Assembly: GCA_009782215.1 (NCBI GenBank)
Contig: WRKO01000002.1
Coordinates: 111,850-175,849 of the forward strand
Origin: Oscillospiraceae bacterium
Lineage (GTDB): Bacteria > Bacillota > Clostridia > Oscillospirales > UBA929
Length of the DNA stretch: 64,000 nucleotides
Direction: 5' to 3'
Shown: positions 50,124-60,025 of the stretch, piece by piece
Layout of the letters: each line of letters opens with the position of its first letter
Numbering within the stretch: the stretch's first letter is position 1
The notes under the pieces: generated by a model
Database searches by the model: none
Seen by the model: the letters and a program-made list of their open reading frames with translations, nothing else
Told to the model about the DNA's origin: nothing
Made by a program: the position numbers and the translations under genes

Positions 50124-50668
50124 GGAATCCCTACCATCACTGTAATTTCGCCGGTTTTCATGTCGCCGCTGACAACAATGGTGTGTGCTCCCGCCGAGCG
50201 TGAATAGTCAATCCTGTCAGACGAGACTAGAGGGAGCAGTTCCGCCGCGATTAAAACACTGAGGGCTTTGGCTTCGGGCGGAGACAGATAGGGGGAGAGA
50301 AGACGCTCCGCCTGCGCCAAGGCGTCCGTGACGCCCTTGACGGGGACGCGGCGCGCATGGAACCCGGCCTCAAGGGCTTGCAGCTTGCCGTCCGCCAAGG
50401 CGACGCTCACGGTCACCGTCTCATTCAGCGCGCTGTATGTCAACGTCTCGCCGCCGTCAACGGGGTTGAAGCCCTCCGCATACAGGGCTTGGCGAATTTC
50501 CTCAGCGTTTTTGATTTGGATTTTCCCCGGATTGAGGATAAAGTAAGCCGTTTCCCGATGCCACACGGCAAAAGCTGTAAGCAACGCCAAAAGCAGCCCC
50601 AGAGAATAGAGCAATATCCTCAGCCCTCGCCGCCGCCGGACTCTTTTCGGCGTATTATCAGGAAGCAT
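50120..50668 (-). CDS. hypothetical membrane-anchored protein
   Basis: 182 aa with an N-terminal signal-anchor helix. Confidence 0.5.
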   Translation of the reverse strand: MLPDNTPKRVRRRRGLRILLYSLGLLLALLTAFAVWHRETAYFILNPGKIQIKNAEEIRQALYAEGFNPVDGGETLTYSALNETVTVSVALADGKLQALEAGFHARRVPVKGVTDALAQAERLLSPYLSPPEAKALSVLIAAELLPLVSSDRIDYSRSAGAHTIVVSGDMKTGEITVMVGIP

Positions 50669-50682
50669 GGAGTTTCCTCCCG

Positions 50683-51489
50683 TCAGAGAGATATAACCCT
50701 CATAAAATTAAGCCCCGCAATCAAAGCCTTGTCTGTTTCATCAAAGGGAAGCGCCTCAATCAAGGAAGGAACGTCTTGAACGCCAGACAAGCCATCCGGC
50801 AAAAGGTCGCAGCCGTCAAAATCGCTGCCCAGCCCCACGTGCTTGACGCCCATCACGGAAACGGCGTGTTTGATATGCCGCGCCACATCACTCAGGTCGG
50901 CGCCGTCGCGCCCTGTTAGGAACGGAGGGTAAAAGGTGACGCCCAAGACGCCGCCCCGCTCGGCCAGCGCGCGCATTTGTCCGTCGGTCAGATTGCGCGG
51001 ATGGGGGCAGAGGGCATGGCAGCAGGCGTGAGACACAACCGGGGGGCGTTGAACGGCGTCTAAGACGTCCCAAAAGGTGCGCTCCGAAGCGTGGGAAAGG
51101 TCAAGCCTTGTCCCGGCGTCCTCCAGCGCGGCGACGACCTCCCGTCCCAGCGGAGTCAGCCCTCCGCCGCCCTTGCAGCCGCCCGCGAGGCGGTTGTCAT
51201 GGTTCCAAGTCAAACTGAAAAAGACTGGCTTACGCTCAAGAAAGGGGCGCAAATCGGACAGGGCTTGGACGGAATCCCCGCCTTCAACGGCAGGGAGCAG
51301 GGCACAGTTGAGACTGCCGGACACCGCCGAAAGGCGGTCAAGCTGCGCCGGCTGGTCTTTGCCGAACGCCGCCATGACTTGGATACCGGGGCCGCGCGCC
51401 CGCAGCCGCTCAATATCGACGTGCCCCCCGTTGCGCCACAGCGGGCGCCCGGTGGATAGGGTATCGCAATGCGCGTCGAAGATAAACAT
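50683..51489 (-). CDS. membrane dipeptidase (peptidase family M19)
   Basis: 268 aa: FDAHCDT..., LTWNHDNRLAGG, LSHASERTFWDV, VSHACCHALCPHPRNLTD. Confidence 0.85.
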   Translation of the reverse strand: MFIFDAHCDTLSTGRPLWRNGGHVDIERLRARGPGIQVMAAFGKDQPAQLDRLSAVSGSLNCALLPAVEGGDSVQALSDLRPFLERKPVFFSLTWNHDNRLAGGCKGGGGLTPLGREVVAALEDAGTRLDLSHASERTFWDVLDAVQRPPVVSHACCHALCPHPRNLTDGQMRALAERGGVLGVTFYPPFLTGRDGADLSDVARHIKHAVSVMGVKHVGLGSDFDGCDLLPDGLSGVQDVPSLIEALPFDETDKALIAGLNFMRVISL

Positions 51490-51687
51490 AAGCTACCTCT
51501 TATATTCTACCATAATTCGAGCCAAAGTCAATCGGGAAACCTCAGTCCGGGGCTATCTATTCTATGCGGAAAAGGCCGTGCTTGCAAGCGGGGCGTATAA
51601 CACGGGTTGTTTTCTGCGCGCGGTTCGTGTATAATAAAGCCTGTAGCGACGGACACGGCATTAAGCCCGCGAAGGAGGTTTCATCGT

Positions 51688-52872
51688 ATGCCGCACAAAA
51701 CCAACCGCTTTTTTCTGCTTATATTCATCATCCTTCTCTCGCTGATATGCGCGGCGTCGGCGTTGCTGACGTCGGTTATGGGTGTGTACGAAATCGGCCT
51801 TATCCATTTCACCGACGATGGGGCGCTGATGCTGGGGACGCGCGAGCTGGCGGTCTTGGCGCGCCCGCCGCTTTCTCCGTCCTATACTCTGCCCATCGTG
51901 CCCCTGCCCGAAGCGCCCCCAATTCAGAAGGAGCCGGGTGAGACGCTCACATTTAAGGAAATCTACCAAAGAGCCGCCCCGTCGGTCACGGTCGTCATGG
52001 CGCAGTCTCCGTACGGCAGGGGAACAGGCTCGGGCATCATCATCAGCGAAGACGGGTATATCCTCACAAACCACCATGTGGTGGAAAGCGCGCAGAATAT
52101 CACTGTTATCCTGCACAGCGGGATTGAATATACCGCGCGGATTATCGGCTCCGACCGTCTCTCCGACATCGCGGTGCTTCGCATCCGGGCGAGCGGGCTT
52201 GTCCCCGCCGAATTCGGCGACTCCGACGCCATGACCCCCGGAGACCCGGCGGCCGCCATCGGCAACCCTCTGGGCATCGACTTGCGCGCCACCATCACCA
52301 CGGGCGTCATCAGCGGAATCAACCGTGACATCACTCTTGAGGACTCCGCCGGAGACATCACCATGACCGTCCTCCAGACCAACTGCGCCGTCAACCCCGG
52401 CAACTCCGGAGGCCCGCTGCTCAACCAGTACGGGCAGGTCATCGGCATCATCTCCAGCAAGATTATGGGCAGCACATGGCAGAGCGTCGAAGGGCTGGGC
52501 TTTGCCATTCCGAGCAATACCGCCGCGCCCCTTGTGGAGCAGTTAATCCAGCACGGGTTCATCCCGGGACGCCCCGTCATTGGCATCACGGTTGATACCT
52601 CCTACACCGCTGCCGTGGCCGACTCTTGGGGCCTTCCGCACGGCGTCCGAGTCACTGGCGTCAATGAGTTGTCCGATGCGCACAGAAAAGGACTTCAAGC
52701 CAACGACATCATTACCCATATCAACGGTATCGCCGTCGCATCTGTTTTAGACGTCAACGACATCCGAAACGAACACTCCGCGGGTGATGCTCTACGCCTC
52801 ACTGTCTATCGCCGCGGCGAAACGCTGACGATGGAGATTCTTTTGATGGAAGAGGGGGCGCTGCGGTCGTGA
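51688..52872 (+). CDS. htrA: HtrA/DegP-family serine protease with a PDZ domain
   Basis: Start trimmed to the ATG at 51688 (GAAGGAGG RBS). TM anchor, trypsin-like core (TNHHVV, DIAVLRI, GNSGGPL), and a C-terminal PDZ domain. Confidence 0.9.
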   Translation: MPHKTNRFFLLIFIILLSLICAASALLTSVMGVYEIGLIHFTDDGALMLGTRELAVLARPPLSPSYTLPIVPLPEAPPIQKEPGETLTFKEIYQRAAPSVTVVMAQSPYGRGTGSGIIISEDGYILTNHHVVESAQNITVILHSGIEYTARIIGSDRLSDIAVLRIRASGLVPAEFGDSDAMTPGDPAAAIGNPLGIDLRATITTGVISGINRDITLEDSAGDITMTVLQTNCAVNPGNSGGPLLNQYGQVIGIISSKIMGSTWQSVEGLGFAIPSNTAAPLVEQLIQHGFIPGRPVIGITVDTSYTAAVADSWGLPHGVRVTGVNELSDAHRKGLQANDIITHINGIAVASVLDVNDIRNEHSAGDALRLTVYRRGETLTMEILLMEEGALRS

Positions 52873-53960
52873 AGCTTGGGTTCGTAGGGTTGCCCAACGT
52901 GGGCAAGACCACCATATTCAACGCCCTGACCGGAGCGGGCGCGGCAGAATCGAATTATCCGTTTTCCACGGTTGAGGCCAACTTGGCCGCCGTCGCCGTG
53001 CCGGACGGGCGGCTGGAAAGGCTCTCCGCCCTTTATAACCCGAAGAAAATCACCCCCGCGACGGCAAATTTTGTCGATATCGCCGGTCTGGCGCGGGGCG
53101 CGTCGCGCGGAGAGGGCTTGGGCAACCGTTTTCTGGCGCATATCCGCGAGGTGGACGCCATTTTGCACGTGATACGGTGTTTTGACGACGAAAACGTCGT
53201 CCGCGCCGAGGGCGGCGGCGACCCGATGAGCGACCGCGAAACCATCAATATCGAGTTGTGTATGGCCGATATGGAAGTGGTGGAAAAACGCATCGCGCGG
53301 ACGGAAAAGGCCGCCAAGGGCGACCGCGCCCTCCTCCGCGAGGCAGAGCTGTTCAAGGCCCTCAAAAGTCATTTGGACGAAGGATTACCCGCGCGCTCCT
53401 TCCCCTGCCCGGACGAGGACAAGGCTCTCGTCGCCGATTGCCCCCTGCTGACCAACAAGCCGGTGCTGTATTGCCTTAACCTCTCCGAGGAGAATTTTCG
53501 CGCGCTTGATACCTATAAGCCGTATCTTGATTTGGAAAAAGCCGCTCAGGAAGAAGGCTCCGCCGTCTTTCCCATCTGCGCTAGGCTGGAAGCGGAAATC
53601 ATACAAATGGATGAGGAAGACCGCGCCGCCTTCCTTGAGGATTTGGGTATGGAGCAATCCGGGCGCGACCGGCTGATTCACATTTCCTATGACCTCATGG
53701 GGCTGATGTCCTTCCTGACGGGCGGCGCGCCCGAGGTTCGGGCGTGGACCATCAAAAAAGGAACCAAAGCCCCCGCTGCCGCCGGGAAAATCCACAAAGA
53801 CATCCAGCGCGGCTTCATCCGCGCCGAGGTCATCGCCTTTGACGCTCTGATGGAGTGCGGCTCTATGGCCGCGGCGAAGGAGAAAGGTCTTGTCCGGTTG
53901 GAGGGCAAGGAGTATGTGATGAAAGACGGCGACGTGGTGCTGTTTCGGTTTAACGTGTGA
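52869..53960 (+). CDS. ychF: ribosome-binding ATPase YchF
   Basis: 363 aa: MKLGFVGLPNVGKTTIFNALT..., with a TGS-like C-terminus. Confidence 0.95.
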   Translation: MKLGFVGLPNVGKTTIFNALTGAGAAESNYPFSTVEANLAAVAVPDGRLERLSALYNPKKITPATANFVDIAGLARGASRGEGLGNRFLAHIREVDAILHVIRCFDDENVVRAEGGGDPMSDRETINIELCMADMEVVEKRIARTEKAAKGDRALLREAELFKALKSHLDEGLPARSFPCPDEDKALVADCPLLTNKPVLYCLNLSEENFRALDTYKPYLDLEKAAQEEGSAVFPICARLEAEIIQMDEEDRAAFLEDLGMEQSGRDRLIHISYDLMGLMSFLTGGAPEVRAWTIKKGTKAPAAAGKIHKDIQRGFIRAEVIAFDALMECGSMAAAKEKGLVRLEGKEYVMKDGDVVLFRFNV

Positions 53961-53969
53961 GGTTGTGCC

Positions 53970-54524
53970 GTGAAAAATAAACTCATTCTGGTCAGCGGGT
54001 ATTGCGCGGCGGGCAAATCCGCTTTTTCCCGCGAGCTGGCAGCCCGGCTGAGTCTTCCCTGCTTCAATAAAGACACCATCAAGGAAGTCATCGGAGACGG
54101 CTTCGGCGCGGAAAACACGGATGTTCACCGGAAAAACAGCGCGGTGACGTTTGCGCTGATGCTGCATATCGCCGAACGGTTTCTGCAAGCGGGGAAGGTT
54201 TGTGTCCTCGAAAGCAACTTCAGGCTGTCGGAAAGCGAAAAAATAAACGCGCTGCTCGCGAAATACGGCTGCGATTGTCTTACCTTTCTGTTCACAGGCG
54301 ACCTTGACGTTTTATATAAGCGATATGCCGAGAGGGAAAAGACGGAACGGCATTGGGTGCATTTGACGGTGGGTGAGGACAGGGATTTTTTTGTAAAGGG
54401 GCATTTGGAGGGCGGGTTTGACAAAGTTAAGCTCGGCCGGACGGTTTGCGTGGACGCGACGGATTTCGCAAAAGTGGACTATAAGGAGTTGTTTTCGGTG
54501 GCGGAAAGGTTTTTATCCGTATGA
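53970..54524 (+). CDS. P-loop NTPase/kinase-like protein (AAA_33-like)
   Basis: 184 aa with a Walker A-like SGYCAAGKS motif. Confidence 0.6.
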   Translation: MKNKLILVSGYCAAGKSAFSRELAARLSLPCFNKDTIKEVIGDGFGAENTDVHRKNSAVTFALMLHIAERFLQAGKVCVLESNFRLSESEKINALLAKYGCDCLTFLFTGDLDVLYKRYAEREKTERHWVHLTVGEDRDFFVKGHLEGGFDKVKLGRTVCVDATDFAKVDYKELFSVAERFLSV

Positions 54525-55354
54525 AAGACAACAGCCGCATACAAAGCCTCGACGCGCTGCGGGGCTTTTGCATCATCCTTGTCATCGCCTATCATCTTGG
54601 TTACAATCTGGTGGCGCGGGAAATCCTCCCCAGAGAAGCGCTGTACAACCCTTTGCTGGGGGTGCTGCAACCGTTTTTCGCCGGGGTGTTTATCGCGCTG
54701 GCGGGCGTATCGTCACGGTTTTCGCGCAACAATTTCAAGCGCGGATTGGTGCTGCTGGGCTGTGCGGCTCTGGTGACCGTGGTCAGCTTTGCGCCGCTGC
54801 CTGACCCGTGGCTGACGGTGCGGACGGTGTTCGGGCATGAGCCGACCGGCGCGGAGATTGGTGAGCTGGTTGAGTCGGGGAAGATTGTTTTGCATAAGGA
54901 CATTCTCACAAACGCCGAGAGGCGCGGCATCACCGAGCCGGAAAACCTCGGCGCTTTCGCGCTCTCCAGCTACAAAACCCCGTATTCCCTGATTGGGGCG
55001 CCGATATTGTTCGGCATCCTGCATCTGCTCGCGGCTTGCATTTTGCTGTACGCGCTTTTGTCACGTTTGCGAATGGCCGCGCCTGCTGTGTTTTTGGGCG
55101 CGTTTTTTGTGCTGTGGTTTGGCGTTACACGATGGCCTGTGTTTCCGTCCGTCGATTATTTTCCGCTGCTTCCGTGGGGCTTTGTGTTTGCTTTTGGGGT
55201 CTGGCTGGGCGGGCCTATCCGCGACGGCGTATTTCCCTCTTGGTTTTACGCCGCGAAAATCCCCGTGTTCCCGGCGGTCGGGCGGCGCACGCTGTTGATT
55301 TACCTGCTGCACCAGCCGGTGCTGTACGGACTTTTATGGCTGTTTTGGGGTTAA
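54521..55354 (+). CDS. DUF1624/acyltransferase-3-like membrane protein
   Basis: 277 aa: RIQSLDALRGFCIILVIAYH..., polytopic. Confidence 0.68.
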   Translation: MKDNSRIQSLDALRGFCIILVIAYHLGYNLVAREILPREALYNPLLGVLQPFFAGVFIALAGVSSRFSRNNFKRGLVLLGCAALVTVVSFAPLPDPWLTVRTVFGHEPTGAEIGELVESGKIVLHKDILTNAERRGITEPENLGAFALSSYKTPYSLIGAPILFGILHLLAACILLYALLSRLRMAAPAVFLGAFFVLWFGVTRWPVFPSVDYFPLLPWGFVFAFGVWLGGPIRDGVFPSWFYAAKIPVFPAVGRRTLLIYLLHQPVLYGLLWLFWG

Positions 55355-55430
55355 TTCCCCCGCAATCCGCGCATACTAACCCATATGACGCCCGGCATAT
55401 GTCCGGCGCAAATTAAAGGGTGGGTTTATT

Positions 55431-55862
55431 ATGCGTGTATCCGAACTGATGAACAGCAATGTCGTATCCATCACGCCCGACGAACCGGCGGTTCTCGCCG
55501 CGAGGCTTCTCTCGCGCCACAACATCGGCTCCCTGCCGGTCTGCTCGCTGGACGGCAAGCTGCGCGGCATGGTGACCGACCGCGATATTGTGCTGCGCTG
55601 CGTCGCCACCGAGAGCGACCCGCAGACGACCCGCGTTCGGGAGATTATGACCCGCGGCATCGTATCCGTGACGCCGGACGACGACGTGCGCGAAGCCGCG
55701 CACAAAATGGCGCACGAGCAGGTACGCCGCCTGCCGGTGGTCAGCGCCGCCGGCGCGGTGGTAGGGATGCTGTCGCTGGGCGACATGGCCAAAAGCCGCG
55801 CCTTGGAAATGGAAGCGGCCAACGCCCTGAGCGAAATCAGCGTAAACGTAAAAAAACTCTGA
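55431..55862 (+). CDS. CBS-domain pair protein
   Basis: 143 aa with two CBS repeats (MVTDRDIV, RRLPVV). Confidence 0.85.
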   Translation: MRVSELMNSNVVSITPDEPAVLAARLLSRHNIGSLPVCSLDGKLRGMVTDRDIVLRCVATESDPQTTRVREIMTRGIVSVTPDDDVREAAHKMAHEQVRRLPVVSAAGAVVGMLSLGDMAKSRALEMEAANALSEISVNVKKL

Positions 55863-55923
55863 ACCGCGCTCCACAGCAACACAGAGCGGCATTGTGCCGC
55901 TCTGTTGCGCTGTGTTGCTCTTA

Positions 55924-56670
55924 TTATTGCAAATTCAGCCACAAAGCGGGGCGAACACCGCCATTGTAGTCGACAAAGTTGTAGCCGCTGTAGATGCTGC
56001 CGTCGATGTCGACGTCCGCGGCATAACCAGCATGGTCAGGCGACCGAAGCCACCACCAAATAGCTTTGCCGCCTGAATCATACGCTATCCTTGCCGAATC
56101 GTTTGCGAAATACGCTAATGCTTCGTCTATGCTAAGCAGGAAAATTTTGTCTACTGTGTTGTTGCCGCCGGGCGTGCCGTATTCGGGATTGTCATTGTTT
56201 ATTATCGATGTTTCAGCTATCCGCGCTCTGTCGCTCTCGCTGAAGCTACTCAAAAATTCGCCGTTCAGATATGCTCTTAAATCACTATCCGCCCATGTTA
56301 TGTCTATCCCTTCATTGTGATATTTGCGGCTTTCCAATACTTTTTCACTTAACAGAAAGGCTTTACCGCCCTGCACGTCAAGCACCAGCCATTCGTACCC
56401 ACCAAATTCCATTATTTCGCCGATATTTGCTGAAATGGGTGTGTCGCCTCCGTTGCCGTTGCCGGGGTCGCCTGTGCCGGGGTCATTGCCGCCGTTACTC
56501 GGGTCGGGGTCTTGGGGCGGCGCGGACGGTTCGGTTCCTCCGGGCGTTTCCGATGGCGGCGGTGTGTTGGCACTGCCGCCCGAATTGTTGCCGCCGCCGT
56601 TTGAGCAAGCCGCTAATGTGAAACCCATGAGCAACGCAATGGCGAGCGTGAAGATTTTTGTTGTTTTCAT
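55924..56670 (-). CDS. lipoprotein, DUF6273-like
   Basis: 248 aa. Lipobox LAAC and a Gly/Pro-rich linker. C-terminal domain with YEWLVLD..., IFLLSIDEA, WWWLRSP, RPALWLNL. Confidence 0.68.
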   Translation of the reverse strand: MKTTKIFTLAIALLMGFTLAACSNGGGNNSGGSANTPPPSETPGGTEPSAPPQDPDPSNGGNDPGTGDPGNGNGGDTPISANIGEIMEFGGYEWLVLDVQGGKAFLLSEKVLESRKYHNEGIDITWADSDLRAYLNGEFLSSFSESDRARIAETSIINNDNPEYGTPGGNNTVDKIFLLSIDEALAYFANDSARIAYDSGGKAIWWWLRSPDHAGYAADVDIDGSIYSGYNFVDYNGGVRPALWLNLQ

Positions 56671-56842
56671 GTTGTATGCCCTCCTTTATGATGTTTGCCC
56701 TGCGTTTTTGATTATACAAGACAGCATATCACAGGTAAGCAGGTTTTTCAAGGCTGCTCGGCAATTTCGTAGGGGACGCACACTGGGCGTCCCGCAACCC
56801 CGCATTGCGCCGTTGCCTGACGGGTCGCCCGGTGTGCGACCC

Positions 56843-59800
56843 CTACACCCCTACCTCACGGCCCGTCGTTAGAAACACCAGCGTCCGCTCACACACCGGC
56901 TTGCCGGTCATCGCGGACAGCGCGGCGGCGTAGGCTTCCATTTGGGGGCGGTAGCGTTCCGCGCGCCGCTCCTCCCCGCCGGGCTTGACGCGGTCGGTCT
57001 TGAAGTCGAGCAGTACCATCCCGTCCGGCGTCTCATAGCAGCAGTCAATCACGCCTTGGAGCAGCACTTTTTCTCCCTCGGGAAGGGTCAGCCCCGGCAA
57101 ATCGCCGTTTTGAATCAGCATTGAGAATTTTTGCTCCCGCCGCAGCCCTTGCGCGGTGACAAGCGTTTTTCCGCGCGGCGTTTGGAAAAATCTCGTCACA
57201 GCCTCCGTATCCACCGCTCCCGCCTGTTCCTCGGTCAGGAGCTTTGCCGCGAGCAGGCGGGCGTTTTCCCCCTCAACGCTTTCTGCGTCAACGCACTTCG
57301 CAAAGTCGGCAAACTGTAGAAACAGATGCGTCGCCGTCCCCCGTCCCTCGGGCGAAACAGACGTTGTGCCTTGCCATTCGGCGGCGTCCTCTCGCGCCTG
57401 TTCGTCGGGATACCGTCCTTTCAGTCCCGTCGCCGTCATTTTTGACGGGGTATTGACGGCGTCCGAATACGGATAGACCCACTCCGGCGTCTCCGGGCGC
57501 TCCGGCTCCGCCAAGAGAGACGGCTCCGTCAGAACGCCGCTTTCAACGGGTCTCGCGTCGGGCGTGACGGTTTTCCAGTTCTCATCCCGCGCTTTCAGCA
57601 GCCACGCCGCCACATTGGACTGTAAAATCAAATCCCCGCGCGTCACCGTCTGTCCCGCCTCGCCCGCCGCAGTTTCATCCACCGACAGAATCAGCCGCTT
57701 CTCCGCGCGGGTCATCGCCACATAGAGCAGCCGCAGTTCCTCGGCGCGGGTTTCTCCGTTCATCACGGCCTGCACCGCGCGGTAGGGCGGCGTGGGTGTT
57801 TCGGTATATCCCTCGCGGCGCTTGACGCCCAGCCCCAAGCGCGGGTGGGCCAGCAGCCGGGCGTGTTGGTCTTGCAAATTGAGTCTTTTGCTCAGCCCCG
57901 CCACCACGACGACGGGGAACTCCAGCCCCTTTGAGCTGTGGATGGACAGAATCCGTACGCCGCCCCGTTTCCGCGCGGAGCCTTCAACCAGCCTTGCCGC
58001 CTCCTTGTTCTGCTTTCGCAGCCAGTCTGGCAGACCGCGCAAGGCTCCGTGGTATTCGCGTAAAATCTCCGGCAGCAGCAGGAGGTTTTCACAAGCCGCC
58101 GCGCCGACTTTCCGAGGCAGGGCGGAATCGGCCATCACGCGCGCCGCCACCGCACAGGGAGGTAAATCGGCGGCGATGTCGCGCCATGCCTGAAACAAAA
58201 CGCGAAACTCGGCAATCTTCGGGTTTTCCGACAGCGGCAGACATTCGCACAGCGCGCCGTCTGAAAGGAGGCGCAATTCCGCAAGCTCGTCGGGCGTACA
58301 TCCGATGACCGGGCTTCGCAGAACCGAGAGGAGCGGCACGTCCAGCCGCGCGTTGTCGATAGCTTCCAAAACCGACAGCATGGTGAGGATTTCGGGGCGG
58401 TCAAAATATCCCTCACCCGGAGACGCCGCGCAATCCAACCCCTCCGTGCTCAAAGCCGCCGTGTATTCCTCCAAACGGCTCTTGTGCGCGCGCAATAGGA
58501 TGACACAGTCCTCCGCCAAGGCTTCGCCGCTGTCAACCACTTGCCGCAAACGCCGCGCCACCCGCTCGGCCTCCGAAGAGTCCTCCTCTCCCGGCGCCAG
58601 CAATTCAACCGCAGGCTCATCGGCCCCGCTCTTTCCGCTAATGAGAAACTCACGCTCCCGCAACGCGCCCATTTCAGGACAGTCTATCCGTGAGAAGAGC
58701 AGGTTGACGGCGTTGAGAATGGACTTTGTCGAACGGAAGTTATGCGTCAGCATTATCTTGCAGGGCGCTTCCGCCAGCTTTTTCTGAAAAATCTCCGGTT
58801 CCGCCATTTGAAAACGGTAAATCGACTGCCGCGTATCACCCACATAGAAAATGTTTTCCCCGCCCCGGCTGAGGGCTGTGATGATGGCGTCCTGCAAAGG
58901 GTTGACGTCCTGAACCTCATCCACTAAAATTTCGGCAAACCGCGCGGGAGGCTTGTCCTCCAAAATCTTGAGGGCGAGCCGCTGTACGTCGGTGAATTCC
59001 AGCAGGGAGAGCCGCGCCTTCTCCTCCGTCAGCGCGGCGTCAAAGGCTCCCACCGCGTCTGCCAGCCCCTCCAGCAGCGGACGTGTCATGTCGGCGTCGC
59101 GCAGATGATTGCATAGCGGGCCGGCAATGAGCGTCCTGATGTTTTCGTTTAAGACTTTTTTCCATCTGCCGCGCAAGGCTTTGAATGCTTCTCCCTCCGG
59201 GCTTTTCGGAAGGGTTTGCAGCCGAGCGAAACGGTAACTGTCCAAAAACGCCGCCGCCGCGTCCCAATCGCCGCCGTTCAGAACCCTTATAAGCCGCTCC
59301 ATATCATGCAGGTCCTGCCGCCGGGTTTCTTCGTAGGGATGGTTTTCCATCCGCGCGTAATCCCGGAGAAATGTTCCGGCAAGGCAAAGGGCTTGGTCGA
59401 ACAAAATCGCCTTCCAGTCTCCTCCGGGGTAGAAGCCGGCCTTTTCTTTTAGCCAGCCCATCGGGTCGGCGTGACAGCGGGTTTTTTTCCATATGTGTAA
59501 AATGAGTCCGCTCAGCGTATAGTCGCCGCGCTCGTCCCCATACGTGTCCGCGCAGAGGTGAAAAACATCGTCCGAATCCTCCGCCGCGCGCTCATACAAA
59601 AGCTCCAGCGTTTCGTCCAGCACGCGCGCGTGCAGCAGCTCCAGCTCCGCGCTGTCGCCAACGCGGTAACCGTTCGGAAACCCGGCCTCGGCGGCGTTTT
59701 CAAGGATAATCTCACGGCAATAGGCGTCCAGCGTTCCGATTTTCGCCGTATACACGCGCGTCAGTTGTTCGCGCAGATGGGCATTGCCGCCGTTGGCGTC

Positions 59801-60025
59801 CAACAGCTCTCGTAAACGCGAAAATATGCGCCCCCTCAGCTCTCCGGCGGCGGAACGGGTATAGGTGATGATTAAAAACTCGTCAATGTTGCGCCCGTCC
59901 TGAAGAACATACCCCATCAGCCGCTCAACGAGAACGCGCGTCTTTCCCGCACCCGCGCCCGCCGAGACCAGCACGGTGCGTCCGCGCAAATTCACGGCTT
60001 TTTGTTGTTCGGGCGTCAGCGTCAT
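56843..60025 (-). CDS. addA: ATP-dependent helicase/nuclease subunit AddA
   Basis: 1060 aa. UvrD-type motifs (VSAGAGAGKT, ILVDEVQD) and a C-terminal RecB-family nuclease (GVIDCCYE...LLDFKTD). Confidence 0.9.
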   Translation of the reverse strand: MTLTPEQQKAVNLRGRTVLVSAGAGAGKTRVLVERLMGYVLQDGRNIDEFLIITYTRSAAGELRGRIFSRLRELLDANGGNAHLREQLTRVYTAKIGTLDAYCREIILENAAEAGFPNGYRVGDSAELELLHARVLDETLELLYERAAEDSDDVFHLCADTYGDERGDYTLSGLILHIWKKTRCHADPMGWLKEKAGFYPGGDWKAILFDQALCLAGTFLRDYARMENHPYEETRRQDLHDMERLIRVLNGGDWDAAAAFLDSYRFARLQTLPKSPEGEAFKALRGRWKKVLNENIRTLIAGPLCNHLRDADMTRPLLEGLADAVGAFDAALTEEKARLSLLEFTDVQRLALKILEDKPPARFAEILVDEVQDVNPLQDAIITALSRGGENIFYVGDTRQSIYRFQMAEPEIFQKKLAEAPCKIMLTHNFRSTKSILNAVNLLFSRIDCPEMGALREREFLISGKSGADEPAVELLAPGEEDSSEAERVARRLRQVVDSGEALAEDCVILLRAHKSRLEEYTAALSTEGLDCAASPGEGYFDRPEILTMLSVLEAIDNARLDVPLLSVLRSPVIGCTPDELAELRLLSDGALCECLPLSENPKIAEFRVLFQAWRDIAADLPPCAVAARVMADSALPRKVGAAACENLLLLPEILREYHGALRGLPDWLRKQNKEAARLVEGSARKRGGVRILSIHSSKGLEFPVVVVAGLSKRLNLQDQHARLLAHPRLGLGVKRREGYTETPTPPYRAVQAVMNGETRAEELRLLYVAMTRAEKRLILSVDETAAGEAGQTVTRGDLILQSNVAAWLLKARDENWKTVTPDARPVESGVLTEPSLLAEPERPETPEWVYPYSDAVNTPSKMTATGLKGRYPDEQAREDAAEWQGTTSVSPEGRGTATHLFLQFADFAKCVDAESVEGENARLLAAKLLTEEQAGAVDTEAVTRFFQTPRGKTLVTAQGLRREQKFSMLIQNGDLPGLTLPEGEKVLLQGVIDCCYETPDGMVLLDFKTDRVKPGGEERRAERYRPQMEAYAAALSAMTGKPVCERTLVFLTTGREVGV